Shown in pieces: positions 47,645 to 60,950 of a stretch of DNA of 64,000 nt (positions are counted from its first letter, which is position 1; every line of letters begins with the position of its first letter). A model generated the notes under the pieces. The model searched no databases. It was not told the origin of the DNA and worked only from the letters and a program-made list of their open reading frames with translations. The DNA is from Laetmonice hystrix (lineage: Eukaryota). Position numbers and translations under genes: made by a program. The stretch covers positions 19,470,001-19,534,000 of the forward strand of contig OZ249436.1 in assembly GCA_965235115.1 (NCBI GenBank), in the 5' to 3' direction.

Positions 47645-48125
47645 GCGGGTAAATTATACCACACAAATGAAAAAAATACCTTGAGGTTGACAGGCTACGG
47701 AGGGCTGACAGACACAATATAGACCCCAGAAGGTTGAAAATACACAGTAGGAAAAACAACTTTGTCAGAGATGTATCAGGAATGACAAGTAACCTACCGC
47801 AGGGCTGGGGGACATGGACTACGGTCATCAGGGAGTGTATCTATGACGTCATGCTTCCGGGGCCTGGTGATTTAAGTCACGCCATGTGCCACACAAGGGG
47901 GCGCCACTGGTAGTCCATCTTAAAGTGACTCGAGACTGAACTCGTCCAGCGGTCAGAAGATTCTTCAGATTGTTTAGTACTTTAAATACATATCGCTGAA
48001 GTGACTGTTGACGTCAAGTTACTATGGTTACCACAGGCCTCAACGTTAAAGGTGACGTCGTCAACGTCACACTCACTAGGTTATTGTTTTATATTTTGCA
48101 TACGTATCGATGGATTGGTTTCACT

Positions 48126-50583
48126 CTACCCCCACGTCAGACACCACCACCTCACCCCCACGTCAGACACCACCACCCCACCCCCACGTCAGACACCACC
48201 ACCCTACCCCCACGTCAGACACCACCACCTCACCCCCACGTCAGACACCACCACCCCACGCCACATCAGACACCACCACCCCACCCCCACATCAGACACC
48301 ACCACCCTAGCCCCACGTCAGACACCACCACCCCACCCCCACGTCAGACACCACCATCCCACCCCCACGTCAGACACCACCACCCCACCCCCACGTCAGA
48401 CACCACCACCCCACCCCCACGTCAGACACCACCACCCCACGCCACGTCAGACACCACCACCCCACGCCACGTCAGACACCACCACCCTACCCCCACGTCA
48501 GACACCACCACCCCACCCCCACGTCAGACACCACCACCCCACCCCCACGTCAGACACTACCACCCCACGCCACGTCAGACACCACCACCCTACCCCCACG
48601 TCAGACACCACCACCCTACCCCCACGTCAGACACCACCACCCTACCCCCACGTCAGACACCACCACCCCACCCCCACGTCAGACACCACCCCCCCCACGT
48701 CAGACACCACCACCCCACCCCCACGTCAGACACCACCACCCCACCCCCACGTCAGACACCACCACCCCACCCCCACGTCAGACACCACCACCTCCACCCC
48801 CACGTCAGACACCACCCCACCCCACGTCAGACACCACCACCCCACGCCACGTCAGACACCACCACCCCACCCCCACGTCAGACACCACCACCCCACCCCC
48901 ACGTCAGACACCACCACCCCACCCCCACGTCAGACACCACCACCCCACCCCCACGTCAGACACCACCACCCCACCCCCACGTCAGACACCACCCCACCCC
49001 CACGTCAGACACCACCACCCCACCCCCACGTCAGACACCACCACCCCACCCCCACGTCAGACACCACCACCCCACCCCCACGTCAGACACCACCACCCCA
49101 CCCCCACGTCAGACACCACCACCCCACCCCCACGTCAGACACCACCACCCTACACCCTCGTCAGACACCACCACCCCACCCCCACGTCAGACACCACCAC
49201 CCCACCCCCACGTCAGACACCACCACCCTACCCCACGTCAGACACCACCACCCCACCCCCACGTCAGACACCACCCCCCCCCACGTCAGACACCACCACC
49301 CCACCCCCACGTCAGACACCACCACCCCACCCCCACGTCAGACACCACCACCCTACCCCCACGTCAGACACCACCACCCCACCCCCACGTCAGACACCAC
49401 CCCCCCACGTCAGACACCACCACCCCACCCCCACGTCAGACACCACCACCCTACCCCCACGTCAGACACCACCACCCCACCCCCACGTCAGACACCACCA
49501 CCCTACCCCCACGTCAGACACCACCACCCTACCCCCACGTCAGACACCACCACCCCACCCCCACGTCAGACACCACCACCCTACCCCCACGTCAGACACC
49601 ACCACCCCACCCCCACGTCAGACACCACCACCCTACCCCCACGTCAGACACCACCACCCCACCCCCACGTCAGACACCACCACCCTACCCCCACGTCAGA
49701 CACCACCACCCCACCCCCACGTCAGACACCACCACCCCACGCCACGTCAGACACCACCACCCCACGCCACGTCAGACACCACCACCCCACGCCACGTCAG
49801 ACACCACCACCCCACGCCACGTCAGACACCACCACCCCACCCCCACGTCAGACACCACCACCCCACCCCCACGTCAGACACCACCACCCCACGCCACGTC
49901 AGACACCACCACCCCACCCCCACGTCAGACACCACCACCCCACCCCCACGTCAGACACCACCACCCCACGCCACGTCAGACACCACCACCCCACCCCCAC
50001 GTCAGACACCACCACCCCACGCCACGTCAGACACCACCACCCCACGCCACGTCAGACACCACCACCCCACCCCCACGTCAGACACCACCACCTCCACCCT
50101 ACCCCACGTCAGACACCACCACCCCACCCCCACGTCAGACACCACCACCCCACCCCCACGTCAGACACCACCACCCTACACCCTCGTCAGACACCACCAC
50201 CCCACCCCCACGTCAGACACCACCACCCCACCCCCACGTCAGACACCACCACCCTACCCCACGTCAGACACCACCACCCTACCCCCACGTCAGACACCAC
50301 CACCCTAGCCCCACGTCAGACACCACCACCCCACCCCCACGTCAGACACCACCACCCTAGCCCCACGTCAGACACCACCACCCTACCCCCACGTCAGACA
50401 CCACCACCCTAGCCCCACGTCAGACACCACCACCCTACCCCCACGTCAGACACCACCACCCTAGCCCCACGTCAGACACCACCACCCTACCCCCACGTCA
50501 GACACCACCACCCCACCCCCACGTCAGACACTACCACCCTACCCCACGTCAGACACCACCACCCTACACCCTCGTCAGACACC
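48126..50583. repeat. 26-bp minisatellite, ~95 copies
   Basis: Unit ccccacgtcagacaccaccaccccac with 21-29-bp variants. Confidence 0.97.
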
Positions 50584-51254
50584 CATAGCCCCGTGACTAC
50601 AGCCTGTCTCTGACAGATCTCCTAGCGGCGATTTGCTTTGAGATTCTTATCACTATTTTTGATTTCCTATTTTTTCAAACAGCCGACGTCTCTACTAGGC
50701 GGTCTCTCAGCGTCTCACTTAGCGTCACCCTGGGCTGTAATTAGCGTGGCGTCTCTACACATCAAGAGACATAAAATCAATTGTTATCTTCTTATGTTTG
50801 TAATCACTGCCTCGCTCTCATAGAGATAGACGACTGCTTCTACAACGCTTCATAATTATGATGTCAAATTTGATTTTTTAAAAAGATAGTGGAGAAATAC
50901 CAACCTCAGTCAGTGAAAATGTACTATGCCTACGACAATAATTCGAACCCTTTTTATCGTCCCTAGAATATTTTATTGTCCGCCTGTTACATAATACTAG
51001 ACATACAGGTTCTCTGTACAAGGTACATGGGACCAAAGTCCGACGTTATGATGGCAAAGATATTTTATTTATTTCATTGCCTCGAATGTCATCATTATGT
51101 AGGTCAGAGCACACTGGAATATTGCCCATGAAAGCAGCTGCAATGTGGCTGATTTACAACTGCACAGTTTCAATTTACAACTGGTCTGCAAAAATATCTG
51201 GCCTTGTCCGGCGCAGGTGGTGTAGCCTGCGCAATAAGTTGTATACTGCAAGGT

Positions 51255-51802
51255 GTTGCAGGAGGAGTTTTCCTGCTGCAGCTGCTGTTTGTTGCAGTCC
51301 ACGAGCAGTTTTCCTGCTGCAGCTGCTGTTTGTTGCAGGAGCAGTTTTCCTGCAACAGATGTTGTTTGTTGCAGAAGCAGTTTTCCTGCTGCAGCTGCTG
51401 TTTGTTGCAGGAGCAGTTTTCCTGCAACAGATGTTGTTTGTTGCAGGAGCAGTTTTCCTGCTGCAGATGTTGTTTGTTGCAGGAGCAGTTTTCCTGCAGC
51501 AGATGTTGTTTGTAGCAGGACCAGTTTCCCGGCAGGAGATGATGTTTGTTGTAGGAACAGTTTCTTGTTGCGGGTGTTGTTTGTTGCAGGAGCAGTTTCC
51601 CTGCTGCAGCTGCTGTTTGTTGCAGTTTCCCTGCTGCAGATGCTGTTCGTAACAGGAACAGTTTTCCTGCTGCAGATGCTGTTTGTTGCAGGAACAGTTT
51701 CCTGCAGCAGATGTTGTTTGTTACAGAAGCAGTTTTCCTGCTGCAGCTGCTGTTTGTTGCAGGAACAGTTTCCTGCAGCAGCTGTTGTTTGTCTGCTGCA
51801 GG
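51255..51802. repeat. 33/36-bp minisatellite
   Basis: Unit tgtttgttgcaggagcagttttcctgc(tgc)agctgc. Confidence 0.92.
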
Positions 51803-52790
51803 TGCTGTGTGTATCACACGCCATCGGTGGGGTTGCCTCTCGACCTTGCTAATTTAGTCCCCTCCACGGGTACTTATGTGTGTCACTGATTCAAGTCCTA
51901 TCCCGGTCTCCTCCACCGGTCCTTGTGCGTGTCATTGATTCTATCCTGGTCAACCCATTCAGACCCGCACGGAACACCTGGCTATAAGGGGCGTCCCCTC
52001 ATTGTGGCATTCCCATAAAATTGGGAGTAGTGGTTGGGATTACGGGCAGGATCGGGGAGAGAGATACATTTTAGGAGAAGACAGGGTTTATGGTTAGGTT
52101 CGGAGCTAGCAGTACTGACTGGTCCCCTGCTCACTCCTCCCGCCCCTCGGAGATTGAGACAGGTACACACCAAGCAAAACGGGCAGATTTCTGCCCGTTT
52201 GGGAGTTGTGACGTCAAAAAACAGACAACCGGAACGACAGATCACTAAGCAACAGGCCGTACGACCATGGTGATATTGTCACGTCACAGTCAGTAGACTT
52301 AGGAACCATGGTGATATTGTCACGTCATAATCTGTAGACGTAGAAAAAAACATTTAGCATCGGTGTGCGCCAATGAGAGCAAGTCGCTCTTCGGCCAATG
52401 AAATGGGCTAACGCGCTGCTGTGTACCTGTCTCTATCTCCGATAGGAGTTGAGCAGGGAAGCAGTCAGCTAGCAGTAGTGATACATTTTTTGTTCTGATC
52501 CTCACGGCCAGCGATAGTGATACATTTATTTGTTATTACCCCCAAATTCCGTGAAGATCTGACCGCAGTGAGCATCTTGCTACAGGTGTATATTGTGCCA
52601 GTGGTAAGCAGAGATTACTGCCCCGGTATGTTTGATTAATCTGAAGAGGGTCTCACCTATAGATGCTCCATTTACCTGTTTGTCAGCCTCAAGTGGTCTG
52701 TAACTGATCGCCCACGGAAAAATAGGGCTAAACTTAATCCGTTACAATCAGACAGGTGACTATAGCCACCTGGGGTGAACAGGTGGGGAG

Positions 52791-53780
52791 AACAGGTGGT
52801 GTCAGATGGTCAGTGGTCAACAGAAGGGATTGTTCATAACGCGGTAACAGGTGGTGTCAGATGGTCAGTGGTCAACAGAAGGGATTGTTCATAACGCGGT
52901 AACAGGTGGTGTCAGATGGTCAGTGGTCAACAGAAGGGATTGCTCATAACGCGGTAACAGGTGGTGTCAGATGGTCAGTGGTCAACAGAAGGGATTGTTC
53001 ATAACGCAGTAACAGGTGGTGTCAGATGGTCAGTGGTCAACAGAAGGGATTGCTCATAACGCGGTAACAGGTGGTGTCAGATGGTCAGTGATCAACAGAA
53101 GGGATTGCTCATAACGCGGTAACATGTGGTGTCAGATGGTCAGTGGTCAACAGAAGGGATTGCTCATAACGCGGTAACATGTGGTGTCAGATGGTCAGTG
53201 GTCAACAGAAGGGATTGTTCATAACGCGGTAACAGGTGGTGTCAGATGGTCAGTGGTCAACAGAAGGGATTGCTCATAACGCGGTAACATGTGGTGTCAG
53301 ATGGTCAGTGGTCAACAGAAGGGATTGCTCATAACGCGGTAACATGTGGTGTCAGATGGTCAGTGGTCAACAGAAGGGATTGCTCATAACGCGGTAACAT
53401 GTGGTGTCAGATGGTCAGTGGTCAACAGAAGGGATTGCTCATAACGTGGTAACAGGTGTCAGATGGTCAGTGGTCAACAGAAGGGATTGTTCATAACGCG
53501 GTAACATGTGGTGTCAGATGGTCAGTGGTCAACAGAAGGGATTGCTTATAACGCGGTAACATGTGGTGTCAGATGGTCAGTGGTCAACAGAAGGGATTGC
53601 TCATAACGCGGTAACATGTGGTGTCAGATGGTCAGTGGTCAACAGAAGGGATTGCTCATAACGCGGTAACATGTGGTGTCAGATGGTCAGTGGTCAACAG
53701 AAGGGATTGCTCATAAGGCGGTAACATGTGGTGTCAGATGGTCAGTGGTCAACAGAAGGGATTGCTCATAACGCGGTAAC
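52791..53780. repeat. 55-bp tandem array, ~18 copies
   Basis: Unit ca(g/t)gtggtgtcagatggtcagtggtcaacagaagggattg(t/c)tcataacgcggtaa. Confidence 0.96.
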
Positions 53781-56700
53781 CTCCGCTGGTCAATGCCTTG
53801 GGTACTACTGGCCACGCAGGGGTACCCTTCCTTGTATTAAGGTGGCTGCCTGTTTTAAAATCAAAGCGATGAAGAAATATGAAAACGGACTTTTCTAAAT
53901 AGATGACTTTTCAATTACGAACTAAACAAACAATTTTTAAACAAATCACTTGAGTTAATCTTTTCTGGCTCAAAAATCGGGAAATAATCCTTTTTTCCCC
54001 ATCTAACCGTCCAGCACAAAGTAACTATTGTGCCCTACTAAACCATCTAACCAGTCAGGGGGCAGCAGGGTGAGCAGCTCATGAAGCCAGTCCGAATAAT
54101 CGAAACTCAGTGTCCTTTGACCAGTAACAGAAACAGAAGGACTGTTCTCCTTCCTCCACAGAAGCACACTGCCTGCTGCACGACGCGCGTGGAGATCGAC
54201 AACCCTGCCCGTGGATTACACCATGTAAGCCCCATGGACCGTCACCCGCTGAGCTCACTGACTGAGGCCGTCAGTATCGACGACCAATCCATGCCCCACT
54301 GACGCCACTAATGAGACCTGGCACTAAGTCAAGGGGATTATCAGATTAGCATATCATTAGATTAGCGGTTTAGATTCTGTAGAAGCTAACCATGAACAGC
54401 CAATTAGCATTATTGGCTCTGGTAGATTGCACCTATTTAACCCGGGTCATCCATTGAAGGCTAACCAATAAGGTATTATCAAGGTCAGCGGGCACGGACG
54501 ATCTCAATAAATTCCGTTTTGATGAACAGAACGGTAGATATAATTCATCGTTACTTCTAGAATATTACACTTCTCCCCTCCAAAGAGCATTAAGTGACTG
54601 ATCTTTTATAACTCCCACTAGGTCAAAGTTGGGGACAATCCTGGCCGGCCCACATGTAGGCCGACAACCTCTGACCTGTGAGATTACTACGCCACAGAGG
54701 GGCAAAGACTGGCGGAGAGGCACAATAGTCGTCATTATGTAATAACACCGAACACAGTTCCCGACCGGTGGAAGCCCATCACCTGCCGTTACCATGACAA
54801 CCCAGGATACCGACATCAACACCCACCAGTGATTCGGGATTCGTCGTCCAGGGGTTCTCGGGGTTTAGTAACCGGGAAAAGGTAGCAGCGATGTCACTTC
54901 GCGTATACTCTATATTACACTCACTTGGCTCGCTGCCGCCAGATGTCGCCCTTAGAACCAACCATCCGAGCAGTACAAAGCACGGTGGCCGTGGCTTGGC
55001 TTGACGACCTTTGCTCAGGTCTTAATTAGAAGACGCATGTCGCATCTCCGTAACATTATGAAGAATTTGGGTCCCGGTGAGGATAGAAACTCTCATAGAG
55101 GTAGACTAGGGGTGGGACATGTCGTCCTAAGTAGCACGTCGTAGAATGAATGATTAGTCTTAATTAGAGCCTGACCTGCGAATATCTTAGTACAAGGAGT
55201 CTCCGAGTGGCTCATGGCCCATCAGGGATCCTCCAAGTTCACAGAATAATAAAGGTCTTCTGCCCACGAACTATTGCAGATGTAATGTCGTAATCACAGT
55301 CCGCCCTGTTCTGCGACATTTTGTCTCAATCTCAATGATACCGTCCCGGGAACTACTTTTGGACTTACCTCCTTCCGTGAGGCGACAAACGCTGCCAAGT
55401 GGCCTCGTTATTGAGATAGTTATCTGACCCTTCTTCCATTATTATACAGGTTGGGCGTCATTGGGGTAACTGTGACGTCACAATCCTTTATTAATCGTTA
55501 GGGTTTATGTCAATTATTTTATATAGATTTTACAAATTGGCGAAAATACTGCTTGTATATAGTCTGGTAATTATGTTCCATAGCACTGCCTACTTGCCGG
55601 ATTGGATTTCGTGAATATGTTTTAAAAATATTTTGAAAAACCAGCAAAACACGTTTTCAATATTTTATTACGTAAATGATACTACTAAAACTGTACAGTT
55701 AGGGTTATTGTGTTATCCTTTCTTCAAGTTTTTCATCGGATCAAGCAGTTTTACATGAGCTTACAGGGGCTTGAAGTTGGCTCTACAGATCGTAACTCTC
55801 ACGTCACAATCCTTCATATGAGCTGTGAGGACTCTCCGTTTCGTTCATAGCAAGCACCATTTTACAGCGTCCCTATCCACCCCCTCGAAATACCCCCTCC
55901 CTCCCTACCATGTCCTTCCACTCGGTTCCCTTGATCAGTGTGCGGGGGTGGACGTTTATAACCCCACCCCCGCCATCATTACCCCTGTTGTCGTCCAACA
56001 CCCTCCAATGAAGCGTCCAGAGACGCCTAATCAATCCATAACTTGGATAGAAAGATTTTGGTGGGTTAAAAACGTTGCTGACTCCACAGATTCTGTGATC
56101 TTACAACTTATTACGCCGGTTGTCATCCGATAGCTCATATAGACCTTCCTTCCTGGTGTCAAACTTGATGCCTTCGTTAGAGTCGACACTTTTCCTCCAG
56201 TCACAGAAACCCTTATATTTTCTAACCACATGACATCAGTCATCACACATATAGTAGCTTTCCCATTTTCCCCTTTTCTGAGGTTTCGCCATTTCTGGCA
56301 TATTTCAAGTGCACATTTTCCCTCAATTATTAATTGAAATTTTCTCCCACGGATTCTAAAATATCTTCCGGTACAGATTATCCCGTCACATACAGTGACC
56401 TAAGACGCCCGTCATTTAAGGTCCGTCACACAAGACAGTCCGTCATAAAAGACATAAAGCTTACTATTAGTCCTATCCTAGTATTTTGATGGGAATAATT
56501 AGGGCAAATCATCTGATTAACCAGAGATATATATCATACACAGAGTATTATATTACAAGTGCGAGTATATAGAATCCGTACATGTACTGATTGACCCTGC
56601 AGATCTGGCCAGGACCTGAGATTAATGACAGCTAACGAGCCGTCTGACAGCGTCGGTACGTTACCATGGCAACGAAGACAGGGGCAGAGGGCTGAACCCC

Positions 56701-58289
56701 ACCCTTGGTACCGAGGTTTTTTTTTTAACTTCGTGAGGCCCCTACAAATATCATGGATTGTTTCTTGGACTGACAGTGTTGTTGTGTGATCCTCAAGTTA
56801 AAACTGGTGGGGGGGGGGGGGGGGGGCTGTCCATCCTGTATTACATTCAATCAGTAGCAGCATTTTATTCAAACTAAATCACTTTCTGCTAATCATAGCC
56901 CCTACTAATAGGTCACAGAAAGTGTATACTAGATTTATAGATAGACCTAGGATTTGTTAGACCTACAGTTGGAGCTCAGAATAACAACACTTTGAAAACG
57001 AAATGTTATAATGTCTGAGCAATGCACCCTATGCTTGATTACATATATGGCAGACCCTACCAGAAAGGAACACAGGTCCCGAAACCTATGCATGGAGACA
57101 CCCAGTTTACACAAACCTGATTTCTCTATCCCGGCAATCTGTCTGCTAGTAGAAACAGTCGTCCCTCACTCGGTCTCCATGGAAACAAGGCAGCACCAGG
57201 GTAATTTGTTCGTATCTTTCCCAGATAAGTCTGTGTGTCCCCGGCCGCCCGGGGGGCGCAGACGACCAGACCATAATGATTCAGGGGTTCTTCACGTGAA
57301 CACACAACTTCTGACAAACAACACGTCAGACATCGCCCCCTTGTGGCCAGACGAGGAATCAACGTTAGAAAACCCCCCGCCACTGACTGCGATCTAAATA
57401 TTGCAAGGCGAGATTCAATGTGGCGAGAACAACGTCCCCATTATATTCGTCACCTGACAAGTCCCCTATATTTTGGTGTGATTGTATATGGCTAGTTGGA
57501 GTTTTAAATTGTGAACACAGACGTTAGTAGATTTATTCAAGAGATAATATCTGTACACCAGTTAGTGATATGTTATAGGTGTTTGTATATGGCTACTTGC
57601 CACTTGAACACATTAGGGTTTAATTTTATTTATAAAGATAAATAAAATATATTGTCACCACATTAGTTGGTATCTTGTTTGATTATGTCCCTGTCCTAGT
57701 CATTATTTGTGATGGTTTGTGATAAATGATCGATGTTTGTATGTAGCCAGTTTCTAATGCCAACTGTGTGTGGCTAATCCATATTTGGTCAAATTAATTA
57801 GCCACAGTAGCTAAGACCTATTAACTCCCAGCGCCAGGCCAGGATGATCTCTCTGGCGCAGCAAGGGAAATGATACTAAATTTAGGTTTACCGTGAATAT
57901 TTTACGAAGATCTAATAGAGCCTTTTAAACAGGCAAGACTCCCATTATTTTCTAAAGGCTACTTTTATTGGCGAGGTGGCAGCAAAACTAGTGGGTCTAT
58001 GAATGCTGATAACTTTGCCGGACCCGCTGCTCATGTCGAGTGTGGGGTAATCATTGTTCATTCATATGACATGGTTCACGCACAATGAACCCTGACTCGG
58101 CCTGAACAAACACGATATGGAAACGGTTCCCCTGGCGTTCGTCAACGCCCCCTGGTGGTGGGAGGTTTATTAACGGCAGTGACCCGGCGGAGAGAGTCAG
58201 CTCCGGCTGCTGGCAGGGGGGAGGTTGTTCGGAGGGCCGTGGGCGCCGCTGGTACCGGGAGGCCGGGCAGGCGGCGGGTCATCGTGGGA

Positions 58290-58400
58290 GCCGGTGCCGA
58301 CCGGGCGGCCGGGCCGGGGACGGGCCCGACCGGGGCCGACCGGGCGGCCGGGTCCGGGGCCGACCGGGTCCGGGGCCGACCGGGCGGCAGGGGCCGGGGG
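58290..58400. repeat. GC-rich short repeat (ggggccgaccggg)
   Basis: Several degenerate copies inside a CpG-rich patch. Confidence 0.75.
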
Positions 58401-58607
58401 CTTACCGACACGTCAGCCTGGTGCATACAGACTGGTGCCTAGGTGTAAGGCGACCTGCACCCTTTATACACGGATCTAGCAGGATTTCAGAGGGATCCAA
58501 TTAGGTAACACCACAGCCCAGACGTCACCCGACTGTCTGGGGATGGGGGGGGGGGGTCTGTGACTGGCCAGGGACTGTCGATTTGACCACGGAAAGCAGA
58601 CTCGTTT

Positions 58608-58749
58608 TAACACACATATCATCGACTCTGTTATAATGGTGGTAACACACAGATATCATTGATTCTGTTACAGTGTTGGTAACACAGATATCATTGACTC
58701 TGTTACAGTGTTGGTAACACACAGATATCATTATCTCTTACAGTGTTGG
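58608..58749. repeat. ~34-bp repeat, ~4 copies
   Basis: taacacacagatatcattgactctgttacagtgttgg repeated. Confidence 0.85.
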
Positions 58750-60390
58750 GAGCGTTTATGATGACCTAACTAAGATAAGTGTAGTGTAGCGTCGAATAAT
58801 AGAAAGTCTCGATAACAACTCAAAAATGGAGTAATGCAGAGCAATATCAGGAGCCAGACTAGACAAAGAAATCAGGGGCAGACGACAGTCAGAACATAAT
58901 ATTATCAGTGCTGGGATGATGGGCGCATAGCGCGCTGCTTGAGACAGCCTCAGCCGCCCAACATTACATTATCTCACGACGACCTTGGCAAAACTGTCCC
59001 AAGGTTAGCGCCAGGATCCATAGTGTGCCTTACAACTTCACGATCTCTCCCTGGTATAGTGTATACTGGTTAAGTATACACTGGAGGAAATCCTCAACTT
59101 ACCTGGTTACAGTGTATTACATCCTGTGACTGGGGACAATTATAACGGAATGGATGAGAAAACATTCTCCGTCTTTAGGAGTAGGAGTATATAAACTAAT
59201 AGAATTGATGTCAATATTTTCTCCCCCCCCCCGTTCCTCAATGTCGGCTGACTAGTTTGACACCGTACGACAATAATGACAGGAAACAATCTTACAATAA
59301 TACAAATGTTCGTATGTTACATTTCGCTTTGAACAAAGAATATCCCAATGAAACAGCTAATTTCTCGACGCTACAACAAAAACTCACAGAACTGTAATAT
59401 TCTGAATATAAAAAAGTGGTTTACAGTTATTTAAGGAGCTCTATAGTACCTTAGAGGTTCTGACTCTTTGATCTTCAAATATAAAAGTTGTGGTCATATA
59501 AATTGGGATTGTAGGGTTTATGTACGTGCCTTACTTTTTGTGGCCTCTTTATGACATTTTCTCAAGTGTAACTATGTAAGGATGATGTAATATTATGTAA
59601 AAATGATTGTAATCTAAATAATATGTGAGGAAGATGTAATCTTATGTAAGGATGATGTAATTTTGAGAGAGTTCCGGTTGTTACGACGCATGCGTAAGGT
59701 GGACTAAAAGATAGTTTTCCCATGATGCACTCTGACATGAATATAAAATGGCGGCGACGTCCGGATATCTGGACAGAGTGCCAGCGGCAAACCTAATCAC
59801 CTGCACAAATCATCGCTTCTCTGCCGAATGGAAATAGACCAGCCATGTCTCTCCCACAGGGGGCGGGTTAGTTTAATTTGGCTAACCTCTGCCCATCACT
59901 ATAAACAATGGTGAGCATGTTGGAGCAGATTGTGTCGTAATACACCAGCCAACCTTCCAGAGCTCATGTGTCCTGCTACAAATTGATCTATTTAAATCAA
60001 TCAATAGATCCTGTGGGATGCTCACATACATCGGTAGTCGGTGAATGTGGCAGTCGACGGTATCCAACACGGCCGGCGCTGTTCATCAGGACGCGGGGAA
60101 TCAACGCCCCCTGGTGGACAACAGGGGCGGCAAGGGGTGATTAATTAAACTGGGGTCAGGGAAACTAGGTCTGATATGGTCGTCAACTCACCCAAACACC
60201 ACCCTCCCGGCTCTCATTGTGCCTGGAGTGTCTGCACTGAATATTTCTACTTTGGAAAGGGACTAGCACTCGTGTAAATTGGCAGAATTCAGTGGAGTTT
60301 ATCTCTGCATCGAAGTTAGGCCTATATCCTGCGGGTTGCTTTGTTCTGACTCAAAGGAAACTCACGGAGCTCACGTTTCAACATACACTT

Positions 60391-60777
60391 ACAAAGTACA
60401 CTTTTCATATACTTCTATCGGTATCACTGATACATACACTGTAGTCGCTGCCAAGTACCTGGTACAAAGTACACTTTTGATATACTTCTATCGGTGACAG
60501 ATACATAGTCGCTGCCAAGTACCTGGTGCAAAGTACACTTTTCATATACTTCTATCGGTATCACTGATACATACACTGTAGTCGCTGCCAAGTACCTGGT
60601 ATAAAGTACACTTTTGATATACTTCTATCGGTGACACGGATACATAGTCGCTGCCAAGTACCTGGTACAAAGTACACTTTTGATATACTTCTATCGGTGA
60701 CACAGATACATAGTCGCTGCCAAGTACCTGGTACAAAGTACACTTTTGATATACTTCTATCGGTATCACTGATACAA
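60391..60777. repeat. ~64-73-bp tandem array, ~6 copies
   Basis: aagtacactttt(g/c)atatacttctatcggt...tagtcgctgccaagtacctggtaca. Confidence 0.92.
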
Positions 60778-60827
60778 TGCCTGCCACAACGTACACATTC
60801 CATCTACTACTTACAGGATGGAAGTGG

Positions 60828-60840
60828 GAGAGAGAGAACC

Positions 60841-60903
<63 letters not shown>

Positions 60904-60950
60904 ACCAGAGAGAGAAACAGACAGACATACATACAGACAGACAAAGACAG
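60828..60950. repeat. (GA)n microsatellite
   Basis: Visible GA tract. Confidence 0.95.

Noticed and set aside
48001..50412. 803-aa and 778-aa Pro/His/Thr-rich ORFs
   Set aside because: They arise from a stop-poor 26-bp minisatellite. The unit is not a multiple of 3, the peptide cycles through all frames, and there is no real start context.
51069..51852. Cys/Gln-rich ORFs resembling metallothionein or keratin-associated proteins
   Set aside because: Multiple frames on both strands are open because of a 33/36-bp repeat.
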